From: Acidimicrobiia bacterium | GTDB lineage: Bacteria > Actinomycetota > Acidimicrobiia > Spongiisociales > UBA5794 | Direction of reading: 5' to 3' | Length of the DNA stretch: 61,293 bases | Assembly: GCA_051002015.1 (NCBI GenBank) | Contig: JBPCMS010000031.1 | Span: 1 to 61,293, forward strand | In this document: one piece after another, positions 39,586-49,424 of the stretch | Numbering within the stretch: the stretch's first letter is position 1 | Layout of the letters: each line of letters opens with the position of its first letter | Notes under the pieces: model-generated | The model's database searches: none | What the model was told of the DNA's origin: nothing | Seen by the model: only the letters and a program-made list of their open reading frames with translations | Translations under genes and position numbers: made by a program

Positions 39586-42375
39586 TCACCGCAGGTTCAA
39601 GCGGAGGACGGTCATCGTTCCCGGGCGGTTGATGACGATCACCGTGCCGTCGCTGTCGCCGTCCGGGTCGGTGTTGGCGGCTGCGTCGTAGGTGAGCGTG
39701 CCGTGGCTGACATCGGTGACGGTGAAGGTCTCGGACCGCCTCCTCGTGTTGGCCAGGGAAATGGAGCACATCCCGGCGCCGTCCGTGGTGCAGGTGAGCC
39801 CCGTGACCGAGCGGAACCGACCGGTCACGGTTGCGCCCGAGACCGGGGCCCCGGTGTCGTCGACCACGGTGATCGTGGCCGTCGCCGTCCAGATCTTCCC
39901 TGAGGTGATCACCCCGGACCCGTCGAGGTCGGCCACGTGCATCGTGGTCCCGCCGCCGCCCCCGCCGCTCACCGTGACCGTCTGGGTCTCGGTGTCGGTG
40001 GCGCCGTCGTCGTCGGTGACGGTGAGCGTCACCGTGTAGGTGCCGCCGGCGGCGTAGACGTGGGTCGGGTCGGTTGCCGTCGAGGTGCCGCCGTCTCCGA
40101 AGACCCAGCTTCGGGAGTCGATGGTCCCGTCCGAGTCGGTGGAGGCGTCGGTGAAGGTGCACGACAGCCCGGTGCACGACGAGGTGAACCCGGCCACCGG
40201 CGGGTTGTTGCCGGTCCCGGCGCCGACCCCGTCGACGACCAGGGCGTACGGCTGCGGCCCGAAGGGGACGTTGAAGCCGGTGACGGTGACGGTCCAGTCG
40301 CCGGCGGCGGCGTTCTGCACGTACACGTTCTCGACGTTGTTCAGCCGGTCGGCCGAGCCACCCGTGGTCGACCACCCGCCGGAGAACACGTTGCCCCGGT
40401 AGGTGACCCCACCGGGCCCGGTCACGGTGACATCGAGATCGTTCACCAGGTTCACCGAGGCCGAGGCGGTCGACGGGTAGTCGGTCCACACCACCGAGAC
40501 CCGCAGCGGGGAGCCGCCCGCCACCGCGTAGGTGTGCGAGCTGGTGCCACCGGTGGTGAGCCCGGCACCCTCGTCGACGAACTGGGCGGAGCCGTCGGTG
40601 GCGGCGGCGACGTTGACCAGACCCCAACCCTCGTGGTTGTTGGGGATGGGGAAGTCGTTGTCGTTGACGCCGTCGTTGTTCTCGTCGAGCAGGTCGACCG
40701 CCGAGTTGATCAGCGTCGCCTTGGTCAGCGCCGCGGTGGCTTGGTGGCCGTGGGCCTTGTCGTAGAAGTCACGGACCACGGCGGCGGCACCGGCGGTGAT
40801 CGGGTTCGACATCGAGGTGCCGCCCATGTACTTGTAGTCGTCGTTGTACGGCGTTCCCCACCCGTCGTATTGGAACGCCCCGTTTTGCGGGTTCGGTGCA
40901 CCGTCGTAGCCGAACTGGTACAGATCGGAGTAGCCGGACAGGATCCAGGTGCCGGGAGCGACCACGTCGGGCTTGATCCGACCGTCGTCGGTGGGTCCGC
41001 GCGACGAGAACGCCGCCATCTGCTGGGCGTTGCCCGCAGTCAGGTCGTTCGAGATGGGCGCCGCCGGGTAGTCGGCGGGCCAGCGGCTCCCATAGGTGCC
41101 CAGGGCGTTCTGACCACCGGTGCAGGCGTTCTCGGTGTCGACGCTGTCGTCGCAGTTCCAGTTGCCCGACCGGTCGTTCTCCGAGGCGCCCACGGTGAGG
41201 GTGTTCTTGGCGGTCGCCGGCGACCCGATCGAGTCGTTGTCGATCACCCCGTCGGCGTTGGCGTCGACCCCGGAGTTGCCCGCCGAGTAGGTGATCAACA
41301 TGTCCCGGTGGTTCCACATGAAGGTGTCCACCGTCACCGAGTCGGAGGTGTAGTCGCCGTTGGCGTCCGAGCCCCACGAGTTGGAGTGGATCCGGGCGCC
41401 GGCGTCGTACGCCTGCTGGAACAGCCCGGTGAAGTCCTCGGGGATCCCGATCAGGTAGTACCCGTCGGGGTTGAAGAGGGCGCAGGCGCTGATCATGTCG
41501 GCCCAGTCCTCGATCGCCTGGAACACCAGGCGGGCGGCCGGGGCGGACCCGGTCCCGATCCCGCTCCCGTTGCCGTCGCCCAACACCGACACCGCCACAT
41601 GGGTGCCGTGGCCCGAGTCGACGTCCTGGGCGGCGTCCCCGATGACGTTGTAGCACCCCGCCGACGGGATCCCCGGCCAGTTGTACACCGCCGCCACCCG
41701 CGCCGAGGGGATGTCGATGTGGGCCGTCGCCGCCGTCCCGCCGCCGATCCCGGTGTCCGCCACGGCGACCGTCTGGGTCGACCCGTCGTACCCGTTGGCG
41801 TGGGCGGCGGCGGTGCCGACGATCGACCCGGCCCCGTACTCGTTGTGGGTCTCCCGGAAGGTGTGGTTCTCCACCCAGGCGACCTCGGCCAACCCGGCGA
41901 CGCTCTGCATCGCAGCCAGATCGCCCTGGACCGCCATCACGCTGCCCTGGGCGGCCAGCACCTGAACCCCGGCGGCGGCGATGTCGACGGCGGCGGCGGC
42001 GGCGTCCACCCCGCGCTGGAAACGGATCCGGTACAGACCCGTCGCCGCCAGATCACCCGCCAGCTTGTCGGCACCGCGTACCGAGGTCACCGCGGTTACG
42101 CCGTCCAGCCCGGCTATGACGTCTGCGGCGTCTGCGGCCATCCGCACCTGGTAGGCAAAGTCGGGCTCGTAGGCCAACAACTCGGCGCCGGTGGCGCGCA
42201 ACGCCGCCGCATCCGCCTCGGTGATGGGACCGTCGAGGGCGACGACGTAGTAGCCGCGGCCTGCGCCATCGACCTGGACGCTCTCGGGCTGGGCGCTTCC
42301 GGAGGCGGCGGTCACCACCAGCAGACCCGCCAGCAACGACAACACGACGAAGAAACGGAACAACGTCGATCGCAC
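39586..42375 (-). CDS. secreted S8 serine protease (KP-43-like) with PKD domain
   Basis: Signal peptide, 'VADTG', 'HGTHVA', 'HSNSWG', 'PATAKN', 'SSRGPTDDGRIKPD', 'GTSMS' and PKD 'W.FGDG'; GTG start with RBS AAGGAG. Confidence 0.93.
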   Translation of the reverse strand: MRSTLFRFFVVLSLLAGLLVVTAASGSAQPESVQVDGAGRGYYVVALDGPITEADAAALRATGAELLAYEPDFAYQVRMAADAADVIAGLDGVTAVTSVRGADKLAGDLAATGLYRIRFQRGVDAAAAAVDIAAAGVQVLAAQGSVMAVQGDLAAMQSVAGLAEVAWVENHTFRETHNEYGAGSIVGTAAAHANGYDGSTQTVAVADTGIGGGTAATAHIDIPSARVAAVYNWPGIPSAGCYNVIGDAAQDVDSGHGTHVAVSVLGDGNGSGIGTGSAPAARLVFQAIEDWADMISACALFNPDGYYLIGIPEDFTGLFQQAYDAGARIHSNSWGSDANGDYTSDSVTVDTFMWNHRDMLITYSAGNSGVDANADGVIDNDSIGSPATAKNTLTVGASENDRSGNWNCDDSVDTENACTGGQNALGTYGSRWPADYPAAPISNDLTAGNAQQMAAFSSRGPTDDGRIKPDVVAPGTWILSGYSDLYQFGYDGAPNPQNGAFQYDGWGTPYNDDYKYMGGTSMSNPITAGAAAVVRDFYDKAHGHQATAALTKATLINSAVDLLDENNDGVNDNDFPIPNNHEGWGLVNVAAATDGSAQFVDEGAGLTTGGTSSHTYAVAGGSPLRVSVVWTDYPSTASASVNLVNDLDVTVTGPGGVTYRGNVFSGGWSTTGGSADRLNNVENVYVQNAAAGDWTVTVTGFNVPFGPQPYALVVDGVGAGTGNNPPVAGFTSSCTGLSCTFTDASTDSDGTIDSRSWVFGDGGTSTATDPTHVYAAGGTYTVTLTVTDDDGATDTETQTVTVSGGGGGGTTMHVADLDGSGVITSGKIWTATATITVVDDTGAPVSGATVTGRFRSVTGLTCTTDGAGMCSISLANTRRRSETFTVTDVSHGTLTYDAAANTDPDGDSDGTVIVINRPGTMTVLRLNLR

Positions 42376-42490
42376 GACGCTCTCCTTCGCGGGAACATGG
42401 GGGGCACCGTCAGGCCCGACGGACGACAGTAGCCCGCTCGCGCCAAGCACCGCAACCATGTCCTGGCGGCAAGAGCTAGCGTTCCCACCT

Positions 42491-43273
42491 ATGGATCTCG
42501 GGCTCAGCGGCAAGCGGGCGCTGGTCGGCGCCGCCTCCACGGGACTCGGCTTCGCCATCGCCATGGAACTGGCCGGGGAGGGCTGCCAGGTGACCATCGG
42601 CAGCCGCCACGCCGACCGGATCAACGCCGCCGCCACCACCATCGCCGAGGCGACGGGGGCAACGGTGCGGGCCCTGGTGGGCGATGTCACCGTCGACGAC
42701 TCCATCCGGTCGTTCGTCGACGATGCCGCCGAGCTGATGGGCGGGATCGATCTGGTGGTCCCCAACGCCGGGGGACCGCCGTACGGGACGTTCGCCGATC
42801 TGAGCAGCGAGCAGTGGGAGCAGGGTTACCGGCTCACCCTTGCCTCGGCGGTGTCGTTCGCTCGGCACGCCCGCCCCCGCCTTGGTGCCGGCGGCGCCAT
42901 GCTGTTCATGACCTCCGTGTCGTCCCGGGAGCCGATCGGCACCCTGTTCCTGTCGAGCGTGTACCGCGCCGGTGTCGCCGCGCTCTCCAAGGCGCTCGCC
43001 ACCGAATGGGCGCCGGCCGGGATCCGGGTCAACCACCTGATTCCCGGGCGCATCTCCACCGAACGGGTGGCCTCGCTCGACGAGGAGACCGCCCGTCGCC
43101 GCGGTGTCGACGTCGCCGAGGTGCGCAGGACCAGCGAGGCCGCCATCCCGCTGGGTCGATACGGAAAGCCGGCCGAGTACGCCCGGGCCGCCGCCTTCCT
43201 GCTCTCGGATGCGGCCAGCTACATCACGGGTGCCACCCTCCAGGTGGACGGGGGCATGCTCCACGGAATCTGA
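42491..43273 (+). CDS. SDR family oxidoreductase
   Basis: 'GAASTGLG', 'NAGGPP', 'S..YRAG...K', 'PG.I.T.R', 'VDGG'. Confidence 0.93.
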   Translation: MDLGLSGKRALVGAASTGLGFAIAMELAGEGCQVTIGSRHADRINAAATTIAEATGATVRALVGDVTVDDSIRSFVDDAAELMGGIDLVVPNAGGPPYGTFADLSSEQWEQGYRLTLASAVSFARHARPRLGAGGAMLFMTSVSSREPIGTLFLSSVYRAGVAALSKALATEWAPAGIRVNHLIPGRISTERVASLDEETARRRGVDVAEVRRTSEAAIPLGRYGKPAEYARAAAFLLSDAASYITGATLQVDGGMLHGI

Positions 43274-43300
43274 GCACCCGGCCGGATCCCCGGCCCCGAC

Positions 43301-45232
43301 TCAGCTCAGCCCGAGGCGGCGGAGGAAGGCGTCGCTGTTGGGCTCGCGGCCGAGGAACGCCCGCAGGTGGTCGATGGCGTCGCGCGAGCCACCGGTGGCC
43401 AGGATCTCGTGGCGGTACCGCATCCCCACCTCAGGGCTGGTGATCCCCACCCGCTCGAATTCGGAGAACATGTCGTCGCCGTACACCGCCGCCCACAGGT
43501 ACCCGTAGTAGCCGGCGTCGTACCCACCCATGAGGTGGCCGAAGCTGGCCGCAAAGAAGGTGTCCTGGCGGAAGGGAAGCTGGGTGTGGGCGTACGCCTC
43601 CCGGTAGACCTCCATGAGGTCGACCTCGTGGTCGACGGCGTGCATCCCCAGGTCGAGCTTGCCCAGGAAGACCTGGCGGACCTTGTCGAGTCCGATGTTG
43701 AGATCCCGAGCGGCCACCAGGCGGGCGACGAGGTCGCTGGGGATGGGTTCGCCGGTGTCGTGATGCCGGGCGAGGCGCTCCAGGGTCTCAGGCTCCCACA
43801 TCCAGTTCTCCATGATCTGCGAGGGCGCCTCGACGAAGTCCCATTCGGTGTCGTACCCCGAGAAGCGGGCCTCGGCCACCGTGGTCAGGCAGAAGTGGAG
43901 GATGTGACCGAACTCGTGGAACAGCGTCACCGCCTCGCCGTGCTTGAGCAGCGATGGGGCCGTTGCGGTCGGCTTGGTGAAGTTGGCGACGATCGCCGCC
44001 GTCGGCCGGCGGTAGCCCCCGTCCTCGGTTGCCATCCCGTGGCGGACGGCGAAGGCGGCGGCGTGCCCGTACTTGCCCGAGCGGGGGAACAGGTCGGCGT
44101 AGAAGGAGGCGATGGGCTGCTCCGACCCGCGGTTGCGGATCTCGTACAGGGCCACGTCGTCGTGCCACGCCCTGGTGTCCACGACCTTCTCGTACTCGAG
44201 CCCGAACACCTCACCGGTGAGGTCGAACATGCCGGCGACCACCGCCTCGAGCGGGAAGTAGGCGGCGACCTCGTTCTGGTCGATGCCGTGCAGGCGTCTG
44301 CGCTGCTGGTCGTCGAGGTACGCCCAGTCCCACGACTCGACCCGGTCGCCGGGATACGTCTCGTGCAGCAATTCGGTCAGGGTGGCGAGATCGTCCTGCG
44401 CCTTGGCGGTGAGCCCGGGCACCACCGACCGGTAGAGGGCGTCGACGTTGGCCGGGTCGGCCGCCATCTTCACCTCCAAGGCGTAGTGTGCCCAGGTCGG
44501 GTACCCGAGCAGCCGGGCGATGGCGAGCCTGACCCGCACCGCCTCCTCGAGGAGGGGCCGGTTGGCCTCGACCGCCCGGTTCCAGAACTTGCCCTGCAGT
44601 TGCCGTCGGGCCTCCCGGTCGGTGGCCTGCTGCATGAACGGCACATAGTCGGGGTACTCCATCGAGACCCGGAAGCGGCCGTCGTCGGTGGCCTTCAGAC
44701 CGTCGATGTATGCCTGGGGGAGCCCGTCGAGTTGGGACCATTCCAGCTCGAGCCCGTCGTCCCACTCGTCGAGGTTGCGCCCGAAGGCCACCTCGAGCTC
44801 GATCAGCCTGATACGCAGCCGCTGCAGCTCGTGGCGGGCGTCGGCTTCGAGCTCGTGACCGGCGCGCCGGAAGTCACGGAGCCAGTGATCGAGCAGCCGG
44901 CGGGCGGTCCCGTCGAGGGCGGCGGCCCCGTCCGAGCCGGCAAAGTCAGCCAGAGCCTCGTAGACGGGGCGGCGGAAGGTGAGGTCGTTGGCCCACTTGG
45001 TGAGCCGCTCCTCGGCCTCGACCCCGGCGAGACGCACCTCGGGATCGGGGTGGACCCTGGCCATGAACGCCTCCGAGCCCCCGGCGTCGCCGATCACGGT
45101 GGAGGCGCGCTCGAGGACGGTGACCGGGTCGGAGGCATCGATGGATGCGACCAGGGCGTCCGCCTCGGCGATGGCGTCGGCGGTGGCCTCGGTGATGCCC
45201 GACGCGGTGACCGAGGTGAAGTCGAGCGGCAT
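43301..45232 (-). CDS. M3 family metallopeptidase (thimet oligopeptidase-like)
   Basis: 'FHEFGH', 'DFVEAPSQIMENW', 'FGHLMGGYDAGYYGYLW'. Confidence 0.95.
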   Translation of the reverse strand: MPLDFTSVTASGITEATADAIAEADALVASIDASDPVTVLERASTVIGDAGGSEAFMARVHPDPEVRLAGVEAEERLTKWANDLTFRRPVYEALADFAGSDGAAALDGTARRLLDHWLRDFRRAGHELEADARHELQRLRIRLIELEVAFGRNLDEWDDGLELEWSQLDGLPQAYIDGLKATDDGRFRVSMEYPDYVPFMQQATDREARRQLQGKFWNRAVEANRPLLEEAVRVRLAIARLLGYPTWAHYALEVKMAADPANVDALYRSVVPGLTAKAQDDLATLTELLHETYPGDRVESWDWAYLDDQQRRRLHGIDQNEVAAYFPLEAVVAGMFDLTGEVFGLEYEKVVDTRAWHDDVALYEIRNRGSEQPIASFYADLFPRSGKYGHAAAFAVRHGMATEDGGYRRPTAAIVANFTKPTATAPSLLKHGEAVTLFHEFGHILHFCLTTVAEARFSGYDTEWDFVEAPSQIMENWMWEPETLERLARHHDTGEPIPSDLVARLVAARDLNIGLDKVRQVFLGKLDLGMHAVDHEVDLMEVYREAYAHTQLPFRQDTFFAASFGHLMGGYDAGYYGYLWAAVYGDDMFSEFERVGITSPEVGMRYRHEILATGGSRDAIDHLRAFLGREPNSDAFLRRLGLS

Positions 45233-45305
45233 GGGCCGGGAGGCTAGCCGGGCTCGGAGCGGGGACTCGCCGGCAAGCGAGTGAGCGGGCGAGCCCCGGC
45301 GGCGA

Positions 45306-46619
45306 TCAGAGCTGACCGAGGGTGACCTCGACGTTGCGGGTGGTCTCCCCTACGGAAGGAGCGATGGTGAGGGTGAGGGTGTCTCCCGCGCTCTGGTGGC
45401 GGAGGGCGATCACCAGCTCGTCCATGGTCTTGATGGGTTCGCCGTCTGCCGAGGTGATGATGTCCCCGGCGCGCAGCCCGGCGTCGGCGGCGGCGGTCCC
45501 CGTCTCCACCGACTCGATCTGTACCCCGGCGGCCACCTGGGCGCCGTCGGGCGAGGTGCCGAAGGCGGTGGCGCCGCGGATCCCGAGAAGGGCGTGGTCG
45601 ACCGAGCCCTCGGCGACCAGCTCGTCGACGATCCGGCGCATCAGCTCGACCGGCGTGGCGAACCCGATCCCCTCGACACCGACGTTGGACACGCCCACGG
45701 CGGTGGTGATCCCGATGAGGTGGCCCGAGGTGTCGACCAGGGCGCCGCCGCTGGAGCCTTCGGTGATCGGGGCATCGGTCTGCAGCATGCCGAACAGGGT
45801 GTCACCCTGACCAACGGTGACCTGGCGACCGAAGGCGGAGACGACGCCGACCGTGACCGACGGGCCTCCTTGGAGACCGAGCGGGCTGCCGACGGCGAGG
45901 GCGCCGTCGCCCACCCGCAGCGTCTCGGTGGAGCCGAGGGTGATGGGCTCGAGCCCGGTTGCCTCGATCTTGAGAACCGCCAAGTCGGTGAGCGGGTCGG
46001 TGCCGATCAGCGTGGCGGGATAGGAGGTGCGTCCGTCGGAGAGGACGACCTGGTACTCGGGGGCACCCTGCACCACGTGGTCGTTGGTGACGATGAGACC
46101 ATCTGCGGAGATGATCACCCCCGACCCCGAGCCGATCGGCAGCAGCCCGTCCCCGGTCTCGTTGCCCACCATGACGGTGACGATGGAGGGGACCACGGCG
46201 GCGGCGATGGCTGCCGTGTCCTCGGCCCGGTCCGGGGTGGGGGCCGCCGTGGTCCGGGGGGCGGTGGTGACCACCGTCGGGGTGTCGTCGCCGGAGAGCA
46301 GCGCCGAGCCGCCCAGGGCGAGGGCGGCACCGAGCACGGCGGCGACGATCGTCTGCGGCCACGAGCCCCGGTGGGGCGGCGCCGTCACCGGCGCGAGCGG
46401 AGCCGCCTGTCCGAGGTCGGGCCGGGGAGCCCCGGGATCGGGCGGCGGCGCATATGCCGGGTCGGTGACCGTCGGATCGGTCTCGAGGGTGTCCTCGTCG
46501 TCGCCGGGCGGCTCGTCGTAGCTGGCCAGCGGCGGTCTGTCGGGCAGCCGGTACCACACCGGGAGTTTGGTGCCGGTGGGGGCGAGCCGTTCTACCGTTT
46601 CGGTCTCTGCTGCGCGCAT
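45306..46619 (-). CDS. HtrA/S1C membrane serine protease with PDZ domain
   Basis: TM segment, 'GSGVI', 'TNDHV', 'DLAVLK', 'QTDAPI..GSSGGAL' and a C-terminal PDZ. Confidence 0.92.
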   Translation of the reverse strand: MRAAETETVERLAPTGTKLPVWYRLPDRPPLASYDEPPGDDEDTLETDPTVTDPAYAPPPDPGAPRPDLGQAAPLAPVTAPPHRGSWPQTIVAAVLGAALALGGSALLSGDDTPTVVTTAPRTTAAPTPDRAEDTAAIAAAVVPSIVTVMVGNETGDGLLPIGSGSGVIISADGLIVTNDHVVQGAPEYQVVLSDGRTSYPATLIGTDPLTDLAVLKIEATGLEPITLGSTETLRVGDGALAVGSPLGLQGGPSVTVGVVSAFGRQVTVGQGDTLFGMLQTDAPITEGSSGGALVDTSGHLIGITTAVGVSNVGVEGIGFATPVELMRRIVDELVAEGSVDHALLGIRGATAFGTSPDGAQVAAGVQIESVETGTAAADAGLRAGDIITSADGEPIKTMDELVIALRHQSAGDTLTLTIAPSVGETTRNVEVTLGQL

Positions 46620-46629
46620 CTGCGGGCGA

Positions 46630-46833
46630 TCAGACGTCGATTACGGGAACGTCGCGCCCCCGCACCCGGGGGAAGGTGATGGGGCTGTGCATGTGGCAGG
46701 TGCCGTTGCGGTTGTAGCGGGAAAGTCGGGTGGTGCAGCTCCGCGCCGAGCAGATCCGCACACCGTCCACGGCCTTGGGGCGGCGACGCCGGGCCGAGAC
46801 CTTGGTTCCGATGAGGGCGGTTGATTCGCTCAT
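46630..46833 (-). CDS. small Cys/His-rich basic protein (67 aa), putative Zn binding
   Basis: 'RICSARSCTTRLSRYNRNGTCHMH' (C-x4-C-x12-C-x2-H); own ATG 7 nt after a CATGCT -10-like hexamer; stop 10 nt before htrA. Confidence 0.6.
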   Translation of the reverse strand: MSESTALIGTKVSARRRRPKAVDGVRICSARSCTTRLSRYNRNGTCHMHSPITFPRVRGRDVPVIDV

Positions 46834-47889
46834 GGGGCCCAGCATGCGTCCGCCCGGGTAAAGGCGTCGTAAAGCCATCGTGAAAGCTTCATGTGAATCC
46901 ACCGCATCCGGCGCGGTCGGCGATGATGAGCGATCCTGTGCGATGCCCGGGCTCGCCGCCATGGTGAGCCGCACCCGGACCGGGCGGTGATCGGACGCCT
47001 CCGTCGCCGGACCCAGCTGGCGGCTGATGACGGTGAGTTGACGGGTGTGGAGCACATGGTCGATCGGGATCCGGGCGATCGCCGGCAGCCGGGTTGGCCA
47101 CGACGCACCATATCCGAATCCCTCGAGCGAGTTGACCAGGTCGCCCGGCCCGGTGAGGTTGCGGAAGCCGTTGGACCAGGGGGTGGCGTTGAGGTCGCCG
47201 ACCACGATCACCGGGTCGGTCTCCTCGGCAACCGCCCGGCCCACTCGTGCCAGGACGTCGTCGCGGTATGCGGTGTCCGCGGCGTTGGTGGGGCTGGGCG
47301 GGTGGACACCGTAGACGACAACGGTCCCGTCACCGAACGCCAGCTCCAGCCGTACCGCGTCCCCCGCCGCCCTGGCGAATTCGAGCAGCTCCACCTCGAC
47401 GTCCACCGTGGTGAGGATGGTGACCCCGTAGTTGCGCCCCTCGTAGATCCCGCTGCGGACGTGGTGGTCGGGGAACCGCTCCTCCAGGTCGGCGAGATGG
47501 GCTCGGCCCGTCTCGAACAGGAAGACCACGTCGGGATCGCCATCGAGTGCCCAGCCGAGGCGGGGGACCCGGTTGCCGATCTGGATGTTGTAGCCCACCA
47601 CCGTGATCTCGGGGGCGTCGGGCTGCGGATCGGCCGGGCTCCGGTAGTAGAGCGGGGCGATGACGGCGATGTTGAGCATGGCCCCGCCCAGCATGACGGC
47701 GGCGGTGCCGGTCCGCCCCAGCGTCATCAGGGCGGCACCGATCACGGCCAGCCCCAGGAGGAACTGGAGCTTGAAGTTGGCGAGCAGATCGAACCACCAG
47801 GTCAGTGGGCCGAGGAATCCGAGCAGCGACAGCATCAGGACCAGACTCCCCGCCACGGTGAGGACACCGGCCGCCCTGCTCCGGATCAT
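46630..47889 (-). CDS. membrane-anchored endonuclease/exonuclease/phosphatase (EEP) protein, reading through into the small Cys/His ORF
   Basis: Three TM segments, 'YNI', 'FET', 'VHPPSP', 'GDLNATPWS', 'IDHV', 'SDHRPV'. There is no stop after the EEP domain, which ends near 46960. Confidence 0.8.
   Translation of the reverse strand: MIRSRAAGVLTVAGSLVLMLSLLGFLGPLTWWFDLLANFKLQFLLGLAVIGAALMTLGRTGTAAVMLGGAMLNIAVIAPLYYRSPADPQPDAPEITVVGYNIQIGNRVPRLGWALDGDPDVVFLFETGRAHLADLEERFPDHHVRSGIYEGRNYGVTILTTVDVEVELLEFARAAGDAVRLELAFGDGTVVVYGVHPPSPTNAADTAYRDDVLARVGRAVAEETDPVIVVGDLNATPWSNGFRNLTGPGDLVNSLEGFGYGASWPTRLPAIARIPIDHVLHTRQLTVISRQLGPATEASDHRPVRVRLTMAASPGIAQDRSSSPTAPDAVDSHEAFTMALRRLYPGGRMLGPMSESTALIGTKVSARRRRPKAVDGVRICSARSCTTRLSRYNRNGTCHMHSPITFPRVRGRDVPVIDV
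46858..46897 (-). promoter_or_regulatory. TT(C/T)AC direct repeats upstream of the small gene
   Basis: Plus-strand GTAAA/GTAAA/GTGAA/GTGAA at 46858, 46869, 46880 and 46893 (spacing 11, 11, 13). Confidence 0.45.
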
Positions 47890-49424
47890 CCCGCTTCGAG
47901 GCCGTAGAGGAAACCATCCCGAGACCCCACGTAGATCCCGCCCTTCCACACCGCAGGGGTGGCCTCGATGCAGCCGCCGGCGAACACGTTCTCGGAGAGG
48001 CGCACCGGCGCTCTTGGATCGGAGATGTCGTAGACCCGGAGGGCGGCGGACGCCTCGCAGTTGGTGGCGACGAGCAGCCGGTCCCCGGCGCGCACCGGAG
48101 ACGACCAGGCATGGGGCCCGATATCGTCGCGCCACACCACCTCGCCGGAGGTGGTGTCGACGGCGAGGAGCTCGCCGACGTTGGTGGGGACGAACAACAG
48201 GTCGTCGACCAGCGCAGGGGTGGCCCAGATGCCACCGTCGACCCCACCGGCCGGCACCTCGATCCCCCACACCCTGGGGTCGTCGGGTCGATCGGGGTCG
48301 AGCTTGACCAACTGGCCCACCTCGCCGGCGCGCGCCGTCACTAGATCGACCTGGGCGGCGACGTACAGATCGCCCGCTCCGTCGATGACGATGGTGGCGT
48401 CGACGTCGTCGCCCATCCAGTAGTCGAACACCACCGAAGCCTCGCCGTCGGGCAGGTCGCCGATGTCGACCCCGACGACCCGGCCCGCCGAGTTGGCGAA
48501 GTAGGCCATCCCCTCGAAGATCGCGGTCGAGTTCTCGACGCTCTGCTGGCGGCCGACGGCGGCGACCAGCTCGTCGGTGAACGCCGGCATCGAGAACACC
48601 ACGTCGGGATCGACGGTGACCAGGCCGTCGCCGTCGGTGTCCCGGTTGAGCTCGATGGCGAACCACCAGCTGTTCTCCCCACCGACATAGAGCATCCCGT
48701 CGACCACCACCGGGTTCGAGTCCCAGTCGTCGTTCCACATGCCGTCGACGGCGTCGGCGTTGAGGCTCCACAGCTCGGTGGGCGTCTCCCGGTCGAGAGC
48801 GATGATCCGAAAGTTGGGGTGGCGGGACCCGGCATACAGCAGCGGGAAGCCATCCGGATCGAGGGTCACCGATCCCTTGATGATGTCGCCCATGGGGAAA
48901 TCGGGTTTGGTGCGTTCCCCGGTGGCGGCGTCGAGGAAGTGGATGTTCTTGTCGTAGGCACCGAAGATGATCTCGGTGATGCCGTCGGGGCGCTCCCACA
49001 CCACCGGCTGACCGGTCCACCCGGTGCCGCACCACACCTTGTCCTCACCACCGACCGGAGAGTTGCCGCACATGGCCGAGTCGGGGAAGCGCCACTTCAC
49101 CTGCAGCGAGTCGGGGATCGGTCCCTCCCCGTACCAGGTGCGCGACGGGTTCCCCCGGAACATGGTGAGCCCGTCGATCGTCCCATGCGGGGCGCCCACC
49201 CCGCCGGGAGGCAATGCGGTGGTGGTCGTGGTGGGAGGGGCGGTGGTGGTGGTGGTCGGGGGCGCCGTGGTGGTGGCGGGGAGCGCCGCCAACGTGGGGA
49301 GCGTCGCCGATGCCGGCTCGCCGGTGTCTCCGGTGATCGGGCTGTCGCTCCCCAGCGACAGGCTGCAGGCGCCCACGACGAGCAGGTACAGAACGAGCCA
49401 ACGGGGATGGGGCGAGCGCCGCAT
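47886..49424 (-). CDS. PQQ-like beta-propeller lipoprotein
   Basis: Lipobox VVGAC, Thr-rich linker, 'MFRGNPSR', 'GTGWTGQP' and repeated 'A.D..TG...W' / 'SSP' / 'ATP' blade motifs. Confidence 0.8.
   Translation of the reverse strand: MRRSPHPRWLVLYLLVVGACSLSLGSDSPITGDTGEPASATLPTLAALPATTTAPPTTTTTAPPTTTTTALPPGGVGAPHGTIDGLTMFRGNPSRTWYGEGPIPDSLQVKWRFPDSAMCGNSPVGGEDKVWCGTGWTGQPVVWERPDGITEIIFGAYDKNIHFLDAATGERTKPDFPMGDIIKGSVTLDPDGFPLLYAGSRHPNFRIIALDRETPTELWSLNADAVDGMWNDDWDSNPVVVDGMLYVGGENSWWFAIELNRDTDGDGLVTVDPDVVFSMPAFTDELVAAVGRQQSVENSTAIFEGMAYFANSAGRVVGVDIGDLPDGEASVVFDYWMGDDVDATIVIDGAGDLYVAAQVDLVTARAGEVGQLVKLDPDRPDDPRVWGIEVPAGGVDGGIWATPALVDDLLFVPTNVGELLAVDTTSGEVVWRDDIGPHAWSSPVRAGDRLLVATNCEASAALRVYDISDPRAPVRLSENVFAGGCIEATPAVWKGGIYVGSRDGFLYGLEAG

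Noticed and set aside
39452-39691. 'MTRSGPKK' small ORF family (also 7748-7954, 21459-21764)
   Set aside because: The shared N-terminus comes from the palindromic repeat, and the downstream sequences are unrelated.
49215-49280. ACC-rich tandem repeats (also 26480-26610)
   Set aside because: They encode ordinary Thr/Pro-rich lipoprotein linkers.
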